Assembly: GCA_047605685.1 (NCBI GenBank)
Contig: JASGFF010000001.1
Coordinates: 26,940-90,939, forward strand
Length of the DNA stretch: 64,000 bases
Direction of reading: 5' to 3'
Source of the DNA: Microbacteriaceae bacterium
Lineage (GTDB): Bacteria > Actinomycetota > Actinomycetes > Actinomycetales > Microbacteriaceae
Within the stretch, counting starts at the first letter, position 1. The number at the start of each line of letters is the position of its first letter. The position numbers and the translations under genes were made by a program. The notes under the pieces are model-generated. The model had not been told where the DNA came from. It did not search any database and was given only the letters and a program-made list of their open reading frames with translations. Shown in pieces: positions 9,180 to 19,269 of this stretch.

Positions 9180-9207
9180 CCCGCCGGTTTTCCTCGACGC
9201 CGGCGGG
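9180..9207 (-). terminator. 8-bp GC stem hairpin immediately after the PucR stop
   Basis: cccgccgg..(12 nt)..ccggcggg. No U-tract. Confidence 0.35.
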
Positions 9208-10401
9208 TCAGCCCAGCGGCCCGTGCAGGCGGTCGAGCTTGACGAGCACGTGCAGCAGCAGGCGGTCCTCGCCCCGGTCGAGCGAGCAGCCAGTCATCGA
9301 CTCGATCTGCGACAGCCGGTAGTACAGCGTGCTGCGGTGGATGCCGAGCGACGAGGCCGTCGCGATCTTGTCCCCGGCGAGGTCGAGCAGGCACTCCAGG
9401 GTCGGCAGCAGCTTCCGGCCCGCCGGAGCCCTCACCAGCTCCATCGCGCCCTCGGGGAGCATCGGCGTCTCGATGGCGTCCCGGGGCAGCTGCGCCAGCA
9501 GCCGGTAGGCGCCGAGCCGGGGCCAGTGCATCGGCGGGGGGTCCCGGAAGCGACCCGCGCCGCCCGCCCGCCGCGAGACCGCGAGGGCGAGATCGGCCTG
9601 CCGGCCGCTCACCCATGCCGAGGCGAGCCCCTCGACGAGCCCGCCGGTGCCGACCCGGCAGATCACCTCGTCGGCACTCTGCCGGACGACGGCGGCCTGG
9701 AGCTCCCGTCCGAGCTCCGCGACCGTGTCCTCGGAGAGCAGCCCGTCGACGAGGAGCACGATCGCGCGCGACGCCCGGACGCTCACCAGCCAGGTGCCGA
9801 GCGTCCGGCGGCGCAGCGTCCGGATCAGGATCGGGGCGAAATCGGCCTCGCCGCCGTCGGTGCGCAGCACGATCGCCGCCGCCGTCGCGTCGACGGCGAC
9901 GAAGCCGTAGTCGACGAGCTCGACGCTGGCCCGCTCCCGTTCCTCCGGGTCGTCGCCGAGCAGCAGATCGAGCAGCCGGACCGAGAACGAGGTGTCCCGG
10001 GAGGCGAGCGTGAGCCGCTGGTGGAGCAGTCGGGCGATCTCCGCCGCCGTGTCGACGGCGTCGTCCACCTGTGCCGGGGTGAGGCTGTGCGCGCCGTCGA
10101 TGATCCACATGAACCCCACGAGCATGTCCCGACAGCGCAGCGGCACGCAGAGACGACTGACCAGGGTCAGCGCCGGGTCCGGCTCCGTCCACACCGGCCC
10201 GGTCAGCTGCCGGAGCCGTTCGAAGTCGTACGCGTCGGCCTTCGTCCTGCGGTGCAGCAGCGACCACATGCGCGGAGCGTCCGCCTCGCCGAAGTCCTCG
10301 CCGACCGCGACGAGCGCGAGGGTCTCGTCGTCGATGGCCACCGCCCGCCGCAATCGCACGCTCAGCGAGTCGACGAGCTCCTGCAGGCGGTCGACGACCA
10401 T
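9208..10401 (-). CDS. PucR/CdaR-family transcriptional regulator
   Basis: C-terminal 397 codons of ORF 9208..10791. C-terminal HTH ..SSLGIHRSTLYYRLSQIE.. typical of PucR_C. Confidence 0.8.
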   Translation of the reverse strand: MVVDRLQELVDSLSVRLRRAVAIDDETLALVAVGEDFGEADAPRMWSLLHRRTKADAYDFERLRQLTGPVWTEPDPALTLVSRLCVPLRCRDMLVGFMWIIDGAHSLTPAQVDDAVDTAAEIARLLHQRLTLASRDTSFSVRLLDLLLGDDPEERERASVELVDYGFVAVDATAAAIVLRTDGGEADFAPILIRTLRRRTLGTWLVSVRASRAIVLLVDGLLSEDTVAELGRELQAAVVRQSADEVICRVGTGGLVEGLASAWVSGRQADLALAVSRRAGGAGRFRDPPPMHWPRLGAYRLLAQLPRDAIETPMLPEGAMELVRAPAGRKLLPTLECLLDLAGDKIATASSLGIHRSTLYYRLSQIESMTGCSLDRGEDRLLLHVLVKLDRLHGPLG

Positions 10402-10606
10402 CGCGGAACGACTCCCGGGGTTGGCGCGGACAGGGCACGGGCGGGACACGGGCGGGGCAGGGCGATTATCACGCCGCCGCGTTTCGCAGAGGTTGCGGGC
10501 GCCGCGGTGCCGCCTATGACCTCGCTGATGATCCCGCTGTCGCCTCCCGCGGCGGGCAATTGCGACACCGTGCCGGACGCACACCGCTCGCCGGCGGCGG
10601 AACACT

Positions 10607-11875
10607 GTGCGCATGACGACCGTGCCCGAGCACCCGTATCTCGCCGACACCTTCGCCCGGCTGCTCGCGGCGCCGACGCGGTTCATGGCCCCGCCGGAGT
10701 GGTCGGAGCCGGGAAGCAGACGGGTGGACTTCTCCGCGATGTCCTTCGAGAGCCGCGCGGTGCACCTCGGGCACCATCCCGAGCAGCACAACGGCTCGGT
10801 GACGCTGCCCGTCTACCTGACGACGAGCTTCGAGCAGGTCGCCGAGCGCTCCTGGGACTACTCCCGCATCGCGAACCCGAGCCGTGCCGCACTGGAGGAA
10901 TGCCTCGCCGGCCTCGATCACGGCAGCTGTGCGACGGCGACGGCGTCCGGCATGGCGGCGACCACCGCGGCGGTGCTGACAGCCTGCCGCCCGGGTGACA
11001 CCGTCGTGCTCGGCGAGCGGACCTACGGCGGGGTGTGGGAGCTGTTCTCCGGGCTGCTCAGTGGCTGGGGGATCGAGACGGAGGTCATCGACCTGAGCGA
11101 TCCGGGTGCGCTGGAGGCGGGGTTCCCGGCCGGCACCAGGCTCGTCTGGGCCGAGACCCCGGCGAACCCCGACCTGCGCCTGGTCGACATCGCGGCCACC
11201 GCCGACGTGGCGCACCGCCACGGGGCGCTGCTCGGGGTCGACAGCACCATCGGCTCGCCCTACCTGCAGACCCCGCTCGACCTCGGCGCCGACATCGTCG
11301 TGCACTCGACGACGAAGTACCTGGCCGGCCACTCCGACGTCACCGGCGGCGTCGTGGTCACGAACGACGCGGAGCTGGACTTCGGCATCCGGCACACGGT
11401 CTCGGTCACCGGATCCTCGGCCTCGCCGATGGACAGCTGGCTGACCTTCCGCGGGGTCAAGACCCTCCCGGCCCGGATGGAGCGGATCTGCGCCTCCGCG
11501 CAGCGCATCGCCGAGGCGCTCGCCGAGGACCGGCGGGTGAGCGCCGTGCACTACCCCGGCGTCGCCACCGGAGCCCAGGCCGAGCTCGCCGCCCGCCAGA
11601 TGCACGGCGGCTACGGCGGGGTGCTCGCCATCGAGGTGCCGGGCGGCGGCGAGGCGGCACGGCGGGTCCTCGCGAACGTGCGGCTGTTCACCTCGGCCGT
11701 CTCGATGGGGGGCGTCGAGTCGCTCATCCAGCAGCCGGCGACGATGACCCACGTGAACACGAAGGGGACCGCGATCGAGATCCCCGAGGGGATGCTCCGC
11801 CTGTCCATCGGCCTCGAGGACCCGGCCGAGCTGCTCGCCGACCTGGGCCGGGCGATCGACGCCGCCGGCTCCTGA
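10607..11875 (+). CDS. Cys/Met-metabolism PLP-dependent enzyme (cystathionine gamma-synthase/lyase family)
   Basis: ORF 422 aa. STTKYLAGHSD with the PLP lysine. The true start may be the internal ATG at 10739 (MSFESRAVHLG). Confidence 0.85.
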   Translation: MRMTTVPEHPYLADTFARLLAAPTRFMAPPEWSEPGSRRVDFSAMSFESRAVHLGHHPEQHNGSVTLPVYLTTSFEQVAERSWDYSRIANPSRAALEECLAGLDHGSCATATASGMAATTAAVLTACRPGDTVVLGERTYGGVWELFSGLLSGWGIETEVIDLSDPGALEAGFPAGTRLVWAETPANPDLRLVDIAATADVAHRHGALLGVDSTIGSPYLQTPLDLGADIVVHSTTKYLAGHSDVTGGVVVTNDAELDFGIRHTVSVTGSSASPMDSWLTFRGVKTLPARMERICASAQRIAEALAEDRRVSAVHYPGVATGAQAELAARQMHGGYGGVLAIEVPGGGEAARRVLANVRLFTSAVSMGGVESLIQQPATMTHVNTKGTAIEIPEGMLRLSIGLEDPAELLADLGRAIDAAGS

Positions 11876-11913
11876 GCCGGCGGCGGGCCGGCGCGGCGAC
11901 CGCCCGACGCCGC

Positions 11914-13404
11914 TCACCGACGGGCGATCACGCGCTCTCCGTCGAGCGCCGCGGGATCGAGCACGCCCTCGCGCACCACGGAACGGCCGGCGACGAGCAG
12001 GTGCCGTACCCCGACGCTCGGGGCCGTGCTGAGCGTCGAGCCGCGCGGCCCGAACGCCGGGTCGAGCACGACCAGGTCGGCGTCCGCGCCCGCCCGCAGT
12101 CGGCCACGCCGCTCGAGCTCGGGGGCGACCTCGGCGAGGATCGAGGCCGGCAGCAGGCTCGCCTTGCGGAAGAACTCGACCGGCCCCGGGCCGGCCGGGC
12201 CGGTGAGCAGGCGCCACGCCCGCGCGTAGCACCCGCTCGAGCGCGGGTGCGCGCTCAGCCCCGGGGGCAACGGCCAGAGCTCGTCGGCGACCGGCAGACC
12301 GTCCGGTGGCTCGAACGGCATCGCGTCGCTGGCCAGGGCGACCTCGGGTGCGGCGAGGAGATCGTGCAGCACGGCCGCCTCCTCGGGGATCGACTCGTCG
12401 AGGAACGCGACGGTGCACAGCCGCGACGGGTCCGCGGAGCGCAACCGGGCGAGTTCGGCGGCATCGGCGACCGGCTCGGCGCTGCCGAGCAGCGTGATCC
12501 GCTGCGGAGCCAGTCCCTGGCGGTGCAGGGCGGCCGGGTCGAGGAAGGCGGCGCCGATCTGCGTGCAGCCGAAGCCGAAGGGGTACGCCTCGGTGCTGAT
12601 CCGCGCGCCGTCGGCGACCGCTCGACGCACCCGGGCGAGCACCGTCATGCCGTGGCGGTGGCTTGTGCTGTTCAGGTGGCACAGGTGGATGTGCGCCCCG
12701 GTGCCGAGTGCCGCCTCGACGAGCTCCTCGACCGCGTCGAGGAGGGTGGGCGGATGGTGCGGCTGCATCGACCGGGCGTGCACGAACAGCGGCACCCGCT
12801 GCTCGGCGGCCAGCGCCGCCACCGCGATCACCTCGTCGGTGCCGACCGCGGGCGCATAACCCAGGAGCATCCCGATGCCGAGGCCGCCCGCTCGCAGGTC
12901 CGCGCGCAGCAGCTCCACGATCCGGGCGATCTCGCCCGCGGTGGCGGGCCGCTGCCACCGCGGGCCGCGCTGTGCGGAGGAGAACATCTCCAGCGCGGTC
13001 GCGGCGCCCTCGGGATGCGCGGCGTCGCGCAGCGGCGCACCGTCGAGCACGTGCATCCGGGCCGCCACCCAGGAGCTGGAGAAGCCGAAGCGGATCGGCC
13101 GTCCGCGTGCCGCGTGACGCTCCCCGACGTCTGCGCTCGGCAGGGCGCCTTCTTCGAGCTCGAGCGCGCAGGTCACCCCGTCCAGCGCCTGCAGGCGCAG
13201 GCCGGCGAGCGACTGCGCGTGCGAGTGCAGGTCGATGAGGCCGGGCCCGACGACGCAGCCGCGCACGTCGATGCGCTCGGCCGCGGCCGGGATCGCACCG
13301 CCGATCGCGACGATGCGCCCGTCGTCGACGAGGACGTCGGTCTCGACGTCCAGGCCGGTCTCCGGATCGATCACCCGGCCGCCCAGCAGCGCGACGGCGG
13401 CCAT
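11914..13404 (-). CDS. N-acyl-D-amino-acid deacylase (D-aminoacylase) family amidohydrolase
   Basis: ORF 11914..13509 trimmed to the ATG at 13404. GPGLIDLHSHA metal-binding motif and family-typical length. ATGA overlap with the upstream gene. Confidence 0.85.
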   Translation of the reverse strand: MAAVALLGGRVIDPETGLDVETDVLVDDGRIVAIGGAIPAAAERIDVRGCVVGPGLIDLHSHAQSLAGLRLQALDGVTCALELEEGALPSADVGERHAARGRPIRFGFSSSWVAARMHVLDGAPLRDAAHPEGAATALEMFSSAQRGPRWQRPATAGEIARIVELLRADLRAGGLGIGMLLGYAPAVGTDEVIAVAALAAEQRVPLFVHARSMQPHHPPTLLDAVEELVEAALGTGAHIHLCHLNSTSHRHGMTVLARVRRAVADGARISTEAYPFGFGCTQIGAAFLDPAALHRQGLAPQRITLLGSAEPVADAAELARLRSADPSRLCTVAFLDESIPEEAAVLHDLLAAPEVALASDAMPFEPPDGLPVADELWPLPPGLSAHPRSSGCYARAWRLLTGPAGPGPVEFFRKASLLPASILAEVAPELERRGRLRAGADADLVVLDPAFGPRGSTLSTAPSVGVRHLLVAGRSVVREGVLDPAALDGERVIARR

Positions 13405-14639
13405 CAGAAATAGGTGCGCACGGCGTCGACGACACGGTAGTCGTCCGAGACCACCGGGATGAGCCGCCACCGGTCGAAGGCGGTGCACGGGTGCGAGACG
13501 CCGAAGCACAGCAGATCACCCACGGCGAGGTCGCTGTCCGCGGGGACATCGAGGTAGGCGTGCTGGTCGTTCAGGCCGCGCACGACGCCCCCGGCGGCAC
13601 GGATGCTGCCGCGCCGGCGCACCCCGAGCAGCGTCGGCAGGCCGCTGTCGTAGGGTGCGTCGCGGCGCCCGAAGCCCACGATGGCGAGGGTCGGCTCCGG
13701 CCGGGACAGCACGCGCGCCCACAGCTCGAGCGCCGGCAGCAGCGCAGGCCGTCCGGCGCGGCCGTCGAGCGGAGTGCTGCGGGCGTACAGCCCGTGGTCG
13801 TGGGCGAGGTAGCAGCCGCTGCGCAGCAGCACGCGCACCCCCGCGTGACCGGCGAACCGGGCGGCGACCAGGTGGAAGTGGCTGCTGCCGCCGAAGGAGG
13901 CGATGGCCGGCCCGCGCGCGATGAGCGACTCGGCGAGCATCGTCTCGAGCACCGTGGCAGCGACATCCAGGTACTCGGCGATGCGCTCCCGCTGCTCGGC
14001 CAGCTCGGCGCCGGGCATGACGCCCTCAAAGCCCTCGACGCCGGCGAGCCGGAGGCCCGGCGTCGCGGCGACCCGGCGGGCGATCCGCAGCGCGTCCTCG
14101 GCGCTGCGGGTGCCCGCCCTGCCGCCCGGGTAGCCCAGCTCGACGAGAATGCCCAGGCGCCGCCCCGATCCCGCGAACGCCTCGCCAAGCAGCTCGAGAC
14201 CGGCCGCCGAGTCGACGAGCGCGTAGGCCTCGACGCCGTCGTCGACCGCGCGGCGCAGCCAGCGCGCGTCGTGGGCGTCGCCCACCTCGTTGGCGAGCAC
14301 GATCCGCGTGGCGCCGTGCCGGATGAACAGGCGCGCCTGCGATACGGTCGCCACGGTGACCGCCCACGCGCCCGCGGCGCGCTGCCGCGCCCACAGCTGC
14401 GGGCTCATGTGGGTCTTGCCGTGTGGCGCGAGGTCGACGCCGGTGCGCCGGCAGTAGTCGGCCATCGTGGCGAGGTTGTGCTCGACGGCGGAGTCGCGCA
14501 GCACGAGCAGCGGCATGGAGAAGTCGCCGTCGAGCGCGCGCCAGCCCTGGCCGCCCACGGTGCCCACCGTCACGCCGGCGACGGCCGGGAAACCCTTGTC
14601 GCCCTCGTCGACGGGCTCGTTCAGCACGATTGCAGGCAT
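13404..14639 (-). CDS. DSD1-type PLP enzyme (alanine-racemase-N fold; D-serine dehydratase / D-threonine aldolase-like amino acid deaminase)
   Basis: ORF 411 aa. ..APHGKTHMSP.. PLP-lysine region and a C-terminal DQHAYL..CFGVSHPCTAFD segment. Confidence 0.8.
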   Translation of the reverse strand: MPAIVLNEPVDEGDKGFPAVAGVTVGTVGGQGWRALDGDFSMPLLVLRDSAVEHNLATMADYCRRTGVDLAPHGKTHMSPQLWARQRAAGAWAVTVATVSQARLFIRHGATRIVLANEVGDAHDARWLRRAVDDGVEAYALVDSAAGLELLGEAFAGSGRRLGILVELGYPGGRAGTRSAEDALRIARRVAATPGLRLAGVEGFEGVMPGAELAEQRERIAEYLDVAATVLETMLAESLIARGPAIASFGGSSHFHLVAARFAGHAGVRVLLRSGCYLAHDHGLYARSTPLDGRAGRPALLPALELWARVLSRPEPTLAIVGFGRRDAPYDSGLPTLLGVRRRGSIRAAGGVVRGLNDQHAYLDVPADSDLAVGDLLCFGVSHPCTAFDRWRLIPVVSDDYRVVDAVRTYF

Positions 14640-14886
14640 GGCCGCACTCCCTGGATGTTGACGTCGGCATCTGAGCGTGGGCGGATTCGTGGCGCGCGAC
14701 GACCCCGCTCGACCCCGGCCAGGTTACGAGCGCCGAGGGCCGCGCGGGCTGGTCCGATCCGACGACGATCGTGACCGGGCTTCGTGCGCTCGGACGAACC
14801 CGCGACGGCGCGAAGCCCCGCAGACTGGCTTGACAGGCGTCGGCCGCCAGCAACCGCCCTCGCCCTCAACCGCCCGAGGAGCAGTC

Positions 14887-15732
14887 ATGCGCGTCTACAT
14901 CTCCATCGACATGGAAGGCGTCGCCGGCGTCGCGACGCTCGATCAGGTGGGTCGGGGCGGTCACGGCTATCCGCGGGCGCAGGAGCTGATGACGGCCGAG
15001 GCGAACGCGGCGATCGCCGGGGCCTTCGACGGCGGCGCAGACTCGGTCGTCGTCAACGACAGCCACGGCACGATGGACAACCTCATCCACGAGCAGCTCG
15101 ACCCGCGCGCCCGGCTGGTGTTCGGCTCGCCGAAGGCCGAGTGCATGGCCGAGGGACTCTCCGCCGACATGGATGCGGCGCTGTTCATCGGCTACCACGC
15201 GCCGGCCGGTGTGCGCGGGGTGCTCGCGCACACGTTCTCGGCCCACTTCACCGAGGTCCGCATCAACGGCGAGCGGGCGTCGGAGACGAGCGTCAACGCG
15301 CTGCTCGCGGCCGCGCACGGCGTGCCGGTGGCGATGGTCAGCGGCGACGACGTCATCTGCGGCATCGCCGCCGAGCTGCTCGAGGACGTGGTCACCGTGC
15401 CGGTGAAGGTCGCGCACGGCTGGTCGGCGGCCGACTCGCTGCCGCCGGGCGCCGCCCGCGAGGCCATCGCCGCCGGCGCCCGGGAGGCGGTGCGGCGCGC
15501 CGCCGGACTGCGAGCGCTGCACCTGCCGACGGCGCTCGAGATCGAGATCGACATGCCCAACCAGATCGCCGCCGAGCTCGCCGCGATGATGCCGGGTGTC
15601 ACGCGACGCGACGACAGGACCGTCGTCGCCGCGGTGGCCGATCCCGCGACCGCGATCGGGGTCATCACGGTCGGCTACGAGCTCGCCAACGCCTCGCTGC
15701 AGAAGCTCGCCGTGCTCCTGAACCGCCGCTGA
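14887..15732 (+). CDS. dppA: D-aminopeptidase DppA (peptidase M55)
   Basis: In-frame ATG within ORF 14677..15732. MRVYISIDMEGVAGV..VVNDSHG.. is a hallmark N-terminus. GGAG RBS upstream. Confidence 0.9.
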   Translation: MRVYISIDMEGVAGVATLDQVGRGGHGYPRAQELMTAEANAAIAGAFDGGADSVVVNDSHGTMDNLIHEQLDPRARLVFGSPKAECMAEGLSADMDAALFIGYHAPAGVRGVLAHTFSAHFTEVRINGERASETSVNALLAAAHGVPVAMVSGDDVICGIAAELLEDVVTVPVKVAHGWSAADSLPPGAAREAIAAGAREAVRRAAGLRALHLPTALEIEIDMPNQIAAELAAMMPGVTRRDDRTVVAAVADPATAIGVITVGYELANASLQKLAVLLNRR

Positions 15733-15901
15733 CCGGCGGCGGCGATCGGTGCGGCGCACAGTGCGGACGCGCAGACCTTGGCCGATCACACCAACACCGG
15801 CCGGCGGCAGCCCCGTTGACTGACCAGGGTCGGGCCACACCGGACCCGGCCTGTTCCGCCCGTCCCCAGCACCGCCACACCCACGAGTGAGGACCCCCAC
15901 T

Positions 15902-17434
15902 ATGCATCGCACCAGGATCGCCGCGGCCGCCGCGGCGCTCGGCATGGTCGTCGCGGTCGTCTCCGGCTGCGCCGGCACGACCTCGAGCGACACCGCCACG
16001 GCCCGCACCACCCTCGTCGTCGCGCGAGCCGCCGACGTCACCACCCTGAACGCCGACTCCGTCTCGAGCAGCCAGGAGGGCTGGGAGACGCTCGAGCTCA
16101 TCGCCGACCCGCTGTTCACCATCGACGCCGACGGCACGATCGAGCCCCGGGTCGCCGAGTCGTACAGCTTCGACACGACGAACACCGTGCTCACGATCAC
16201 GCTGCGCAGCGACGCGGTGTTCTCCAACGGCGACCCCGTGACGAGCGCAGACGTGGCCTTTACGATCGAGAACGCGCAGAAGGGCGAGCTGCAGGGCGCG
16301 CTCTACGCCGACATCCAGGCGATCACGACCCCGGACGACCAGACGGTCGTCATCCAGTACTCGGAGGCATCGTCGGCCGCCGTGACCAACCTGGCCAGTT
16401 ACGCGGTGTCGATCATCCCGGCCGACTTCGCCGGCGAGGACGAGGACGCCTTCTGGCAGGACCCGATCACCGTCGGCGCCTGGACGATCGCAAGCTGGGA
16501 CCAGGGCAGCCAGCTCACCCTCGAGCGCAACGACTCCTACTACGGCACCAAGCCCACGCTGCAGGAGATCCAGTTCACCACGGTGCCCGACGAGAACACC
16601 CGGCTGCTGCAACTGCAGAACGGCACCGTCGACCTCGCCGACGGCATCACCTCCGCCTCGGTGGACCAGATCGCCTCGGATGGCTCGCTGCAGACCGTCG
16701 AGCTGCCCGCAGCGCAGGACATCTTCTTCACGGTGAACACGACATCCGGTCCGATGTCCGACGAGCACGCCCGCCGCGCCGTCTCGCTGGCCATCGACCG
16801 CTCGAGCATCGTCGCGGGCGCCCTCGGCGGGCACGGCAGCGTCGGCGGATCGTTCGTGGTATCGACGGCCGTCGGCGGCTACTCCCCCGAGTTCGGCTCC
16901 GAGTACGACGCCGACGAGGCGAGCGCCGAGCTCGCCGAGAGCGCCTACCCGGACGGCTTCGACCTCGACCTGATGTACAGCAGCTCCATCTCGGGAGCGG
17001 ATGCCGCGATGCAGATCGTCCAGCAAGACCTCGCCGCGGTCGGCATCACCGCGACGCTGTCGGCACTCGACGACGACGCGATCTCCGCGAAGATGGACTC
17101 CGGTGACTGGGACACCTACCTGGCGAACATCATCGCGGACACCGATGCCGGCGCCGTGCTGCAGTACTACAGCGCGACGAACGGGTTCTACTGCGGCGAC
17201 ACCTCGATGATCGCCACGGTCGAGGGCTATTACGAGCAGGCGAACGCCGACTTCGACGGCCAGGATGCCCGCAATGCGATCTTCGCCCAGGCGCTGGAGG
17301 CCATCGCGGACAGCGCCGTGCAGATCGCCCTGTACGACACGGTGCGCATCTGGGGTGCCTCGGCCGAGGTGCAGGATCTGACCGCGCTGAACACCACCGG
17401 CGCGATCGACTTCTCCACGGTCACGATCGACTGA
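15902..17434 (+). CDS. peptide/nickel ABC transporter substrate-binding lipoprotein (family 5)
   Basis: ORF 15887..17434. Lipoprotein signal ..VVAVVSGC. The ATG at 15902 is preferred over the upstream GTG. Confidence 0.9.
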   Translation: MHRTRIAAAAAALGMVVAVVSGCAGTTSSDTATARTTLVVARAADVTTLNADSVSSSQEGWETLELIADPLFTIDADGTIEPRVAESYSFDTTNTVLTITLRSDAVFSNGDPVTSADVAFTIENAQKGELQGALYADIQAITTPDDQTVVIQYSEASSAAVTNLASYAVSIIPADFAGEDEDAFWQDPITVGAWTIASWDQGSQLTLERNDSYYGTKPTLQEIQFTTVPDENTRLLQLQNGTVDLADGITSASVDQIASDGSLQTVELPAAQDIFFTVNTTSGPMSDEHARRAVSLAIDRSSIVAGALGGHGSVGGSFVVSTAVGGYSPEFGSEYDADEASAELAESAYPDGFDLDLMYSSSISGADAAMQIVQQDLAAVGITATLSALDDDAISAKMDSGDWDTYLANIIADTDAGAVLQYYSATNGFYCGDTSMIATVEGYYEQANADFDGQDARNAIFAQALEAIADSAVQIALYDTVRIWGASAEVQDLTALNTTGAIDFSTVTID

Positions 17435-17445
17435 ACGCACGGCAC

Positions 17446-17472
17446 GGGGCGGGCGGATGATCCGCCCGCCCC
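17446..17472 (+). other. intercistronic GC hairpin (12-bp arms ggggcgggcgga / tccgcccgcccc)
   Basis: Perfect inverted repeat 12 nt after the SBP stop and 35 nt before the permease start. Confidence 0.6.
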
Positions 17473-17506
17473 GACGACCACCACATCCGCAATCGAGGGG
17501 AATCGC

Positions 17507-18448
17507 ATGGCACGGCTGCGCTACGTCGCACGACGCATGCTGTTCGCGGCGGTCACCCTGGTGGGTCTGAGCATCCTGCTGTTCCTCGTCCTGCAGCTGA
17601 TGCCTGGCAGCGTCGCCCGGTCGATGCTCGGGATCACCGCGACCCCGGCACAGATCGCGGCCGTCGACGCCCGGTACGGCTTCGACCAGCCCATTCCGGT
17701 GCAGTACCTGCGCTGGGCCGGCAATCTGCTGCACGGCGACCTCGGCCAGTCGCTGGTCTACCAGAAGCCGGTGCTCAGCGTCATCGCGGCCGCACTGCCG
17801 GTCACTCTCGAGCTGGCGGTCTACACTGTGCTGCTCAGCGCCGTCGTCACCGTGGCCCTGGCGAGCCTCGCGGCGCTGCGGCGCGACGGGGCGATCGACC
17901 ACCTGGTGCGGGCGATCCCGCTGCTCGGGATCGGGATGCCGTCGTTCTGGGTGGGCGCGATGATGCTTTACCTGTTCGCTGTGGTGCTGCGGCTGTTCCC
18001 GATCGGCGGCTACCAGGCCAACCCGGTCGGCGTGCTGCGCTCACTGTTCCTGCCGGCGCTCACACTCACCGTCGCCGTCACCGCGATCCTGGTTCGCAGC
18101 CTGCGGCTGGCGATCATCGAGGTGCTCGACTCCGACTACGTGCTGCGCGCCCGGGCCGGCGGCGTGCGCGGGCATCGCCTGCTGCTCGGACACGTGCTGC
18201 CGGCCGCCGCCATCCCGACCCTCACGGTGCTCGGCCTGGTGTTCGGCACGCTGCTGGGCGGCACGCTCGTGGTCGAGCAGGTGTTCGCGCTGCCGGGGAT
18301 CGGCAGCCTCATGGTGACCGCCTTCAACCACCACGATGTCTTCCTGGTGATGGGGATCGCGATGATCACCGCGGCGCTCGTGCTCGCCGTGAACGTCGTG
18401 ATCGACCTGCTCTACTCGCTCCTGGACCCGAGGGTGGTGCTGCGATGA
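17507..18448 (+). CDS. peptide ABC transporter permease (DppB/OppB-like)
   Basis: ORF 313 aa, polytopic, family-typical N-terminus MARLRYVARRMLFAAVTL. Confidence 0.9.
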   Translation: MARLRYVARRMLFAAVTLVGLSILLFLVLQLMPGSVARSMLGITATPAQIAAVDARYGFDQPIPVQYLRWAGNLLHGDLGQSLVYQKPVLSVIAAALPVTLELAVYTVLLSAVVTVALASLAALRRDGAIDHLVRAIPLLGIGMPSFWVGAMMLYLFAVVLRLFPIGGYQANPVGVLRSLFLPALTLTVAVTAILVRSLRLAIIEVLDSDYVLRARAGGVRGHRLLLGHVLPAAAIPTLTVLGLVFGTLLGGTLVVEQVFALPGIGSLMVTAFNHHDVFLVMGIAMITAALVLAVNVVIDLLYSLLDPRVVLR

Positions 18449-19269
18449 CCCGCCCCCGTATGCCCCGTATGCGCCGCGGCACTGGATTAGCCGTCGGCCT
18501 CGTCATCGTCGCCGTCTTCCTCGTCGCAGCCGGCGCCGCACCGCTGCTGGCGCCGAGCGACCCGCTCGCCCAGGACATCCCGAACGCGCTGCAGCCGCCC
18601 GGCGCCGCGCACTGGCTGGGCACGGACGACCTGGGCCGCGACGTGCTGAGCCGGCTGCTGTACGGGGCCCGGCTCGACCTGCTCATCGGCTTGGGCGCCG
18701 CCGCTGCGGCGCTTCTCGTCGGCGGCGCGATCGGGCTGCTCTCCGGCTCCCTGCGCGGCCCCGCCGACGTGGCACTGACCCGGGTGATGGACGTGTTCCA
18801 GGTGACCCCCGGCATCGTGCTCGTGGTGATGCTGCTCGTGGTGCTCGGCTCCTCGACGGGCGGCATGATCCTCGCGCTGCTCGCGGCGTCCTGGGTGGCG
18901 TACGCGCGGCTCGTGCGCGCCGGAGCGCTGCGCGAGAGCCAGCGGGACTACGTGCTCGCGGCGCGGCTCGCCGGCCTCGGGCATGCGCGGATCCTCATCC
19001 GGCACGTGCTCCCCAACGTCTGGCTGCAGGCCGTCGTGTACGCCACGAGCGACGCGGTGCTCGCGATCGGCACGGTGGCCTCGCTCGGCTACCTGGGCAT
19101 CGGCATCGCCGCGCCGACGCCGGAGTGGGGTGCCATGATCGCCGCCGGCCAGCCCTACCTGCAGCGAGCCCCGTGGCTGGTGCTCGTCCCCGGGCTGACG
19201 CTGACGCTGCTCGGCCTCGGTCTCGCGCTCGTCTCCGACGGGATCACCGCACGAAGGAGCCGCGCATGA
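18445..19269 (+). CDS. peptide ABC transporter permease (DppC/OppC-like)
   Basis: ORF 274 aa. HWLGTDDLGRDVLSRLLYG motif. ATGA overlaps on both sides. Confidence 0.9.
   Translation: MTRPRMPRMRRGTGLAVGLVIVAVFLVAAGAAPLLAPSDPLAQDIPNALQPPGAAHWLGTDDLGRDVLSRLLYGARLDLLIGLGAAAAALLVGGAIGLLSGSLRGPADVALTRVMDVFQVTPGIVLVVMLLVVLGSSTGGMILALLAASWVAYARLVRAGALRESQRDYVLAARLAGLGHARILIRHVLPNVWLQAVVYATSDAVLAIGTVASLGYLGIGIAAPTPEWGAMIAAGQPYLQRAPWLVLVPGLTLTLLGLGLALVSDGITARRSRA

Noticed and set aside
10514-13549. 1011-aa minus-strand ORF spanning the PLP-enzyme and D-aminoacylase genes
   Set aside because: The translation is Arg/Pro/Gly/Ala junk. It overlaps two genes with strong family motifs in other frames or on the other strand.
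14830-14835. TTGACA -35-like hexamer upstream of dppA
   Set aside because: No TANNNT-like -10 element follows at a suitable distance, since there are no TA dinucleotides in the next 50 nt. It is not reported as a promoter.
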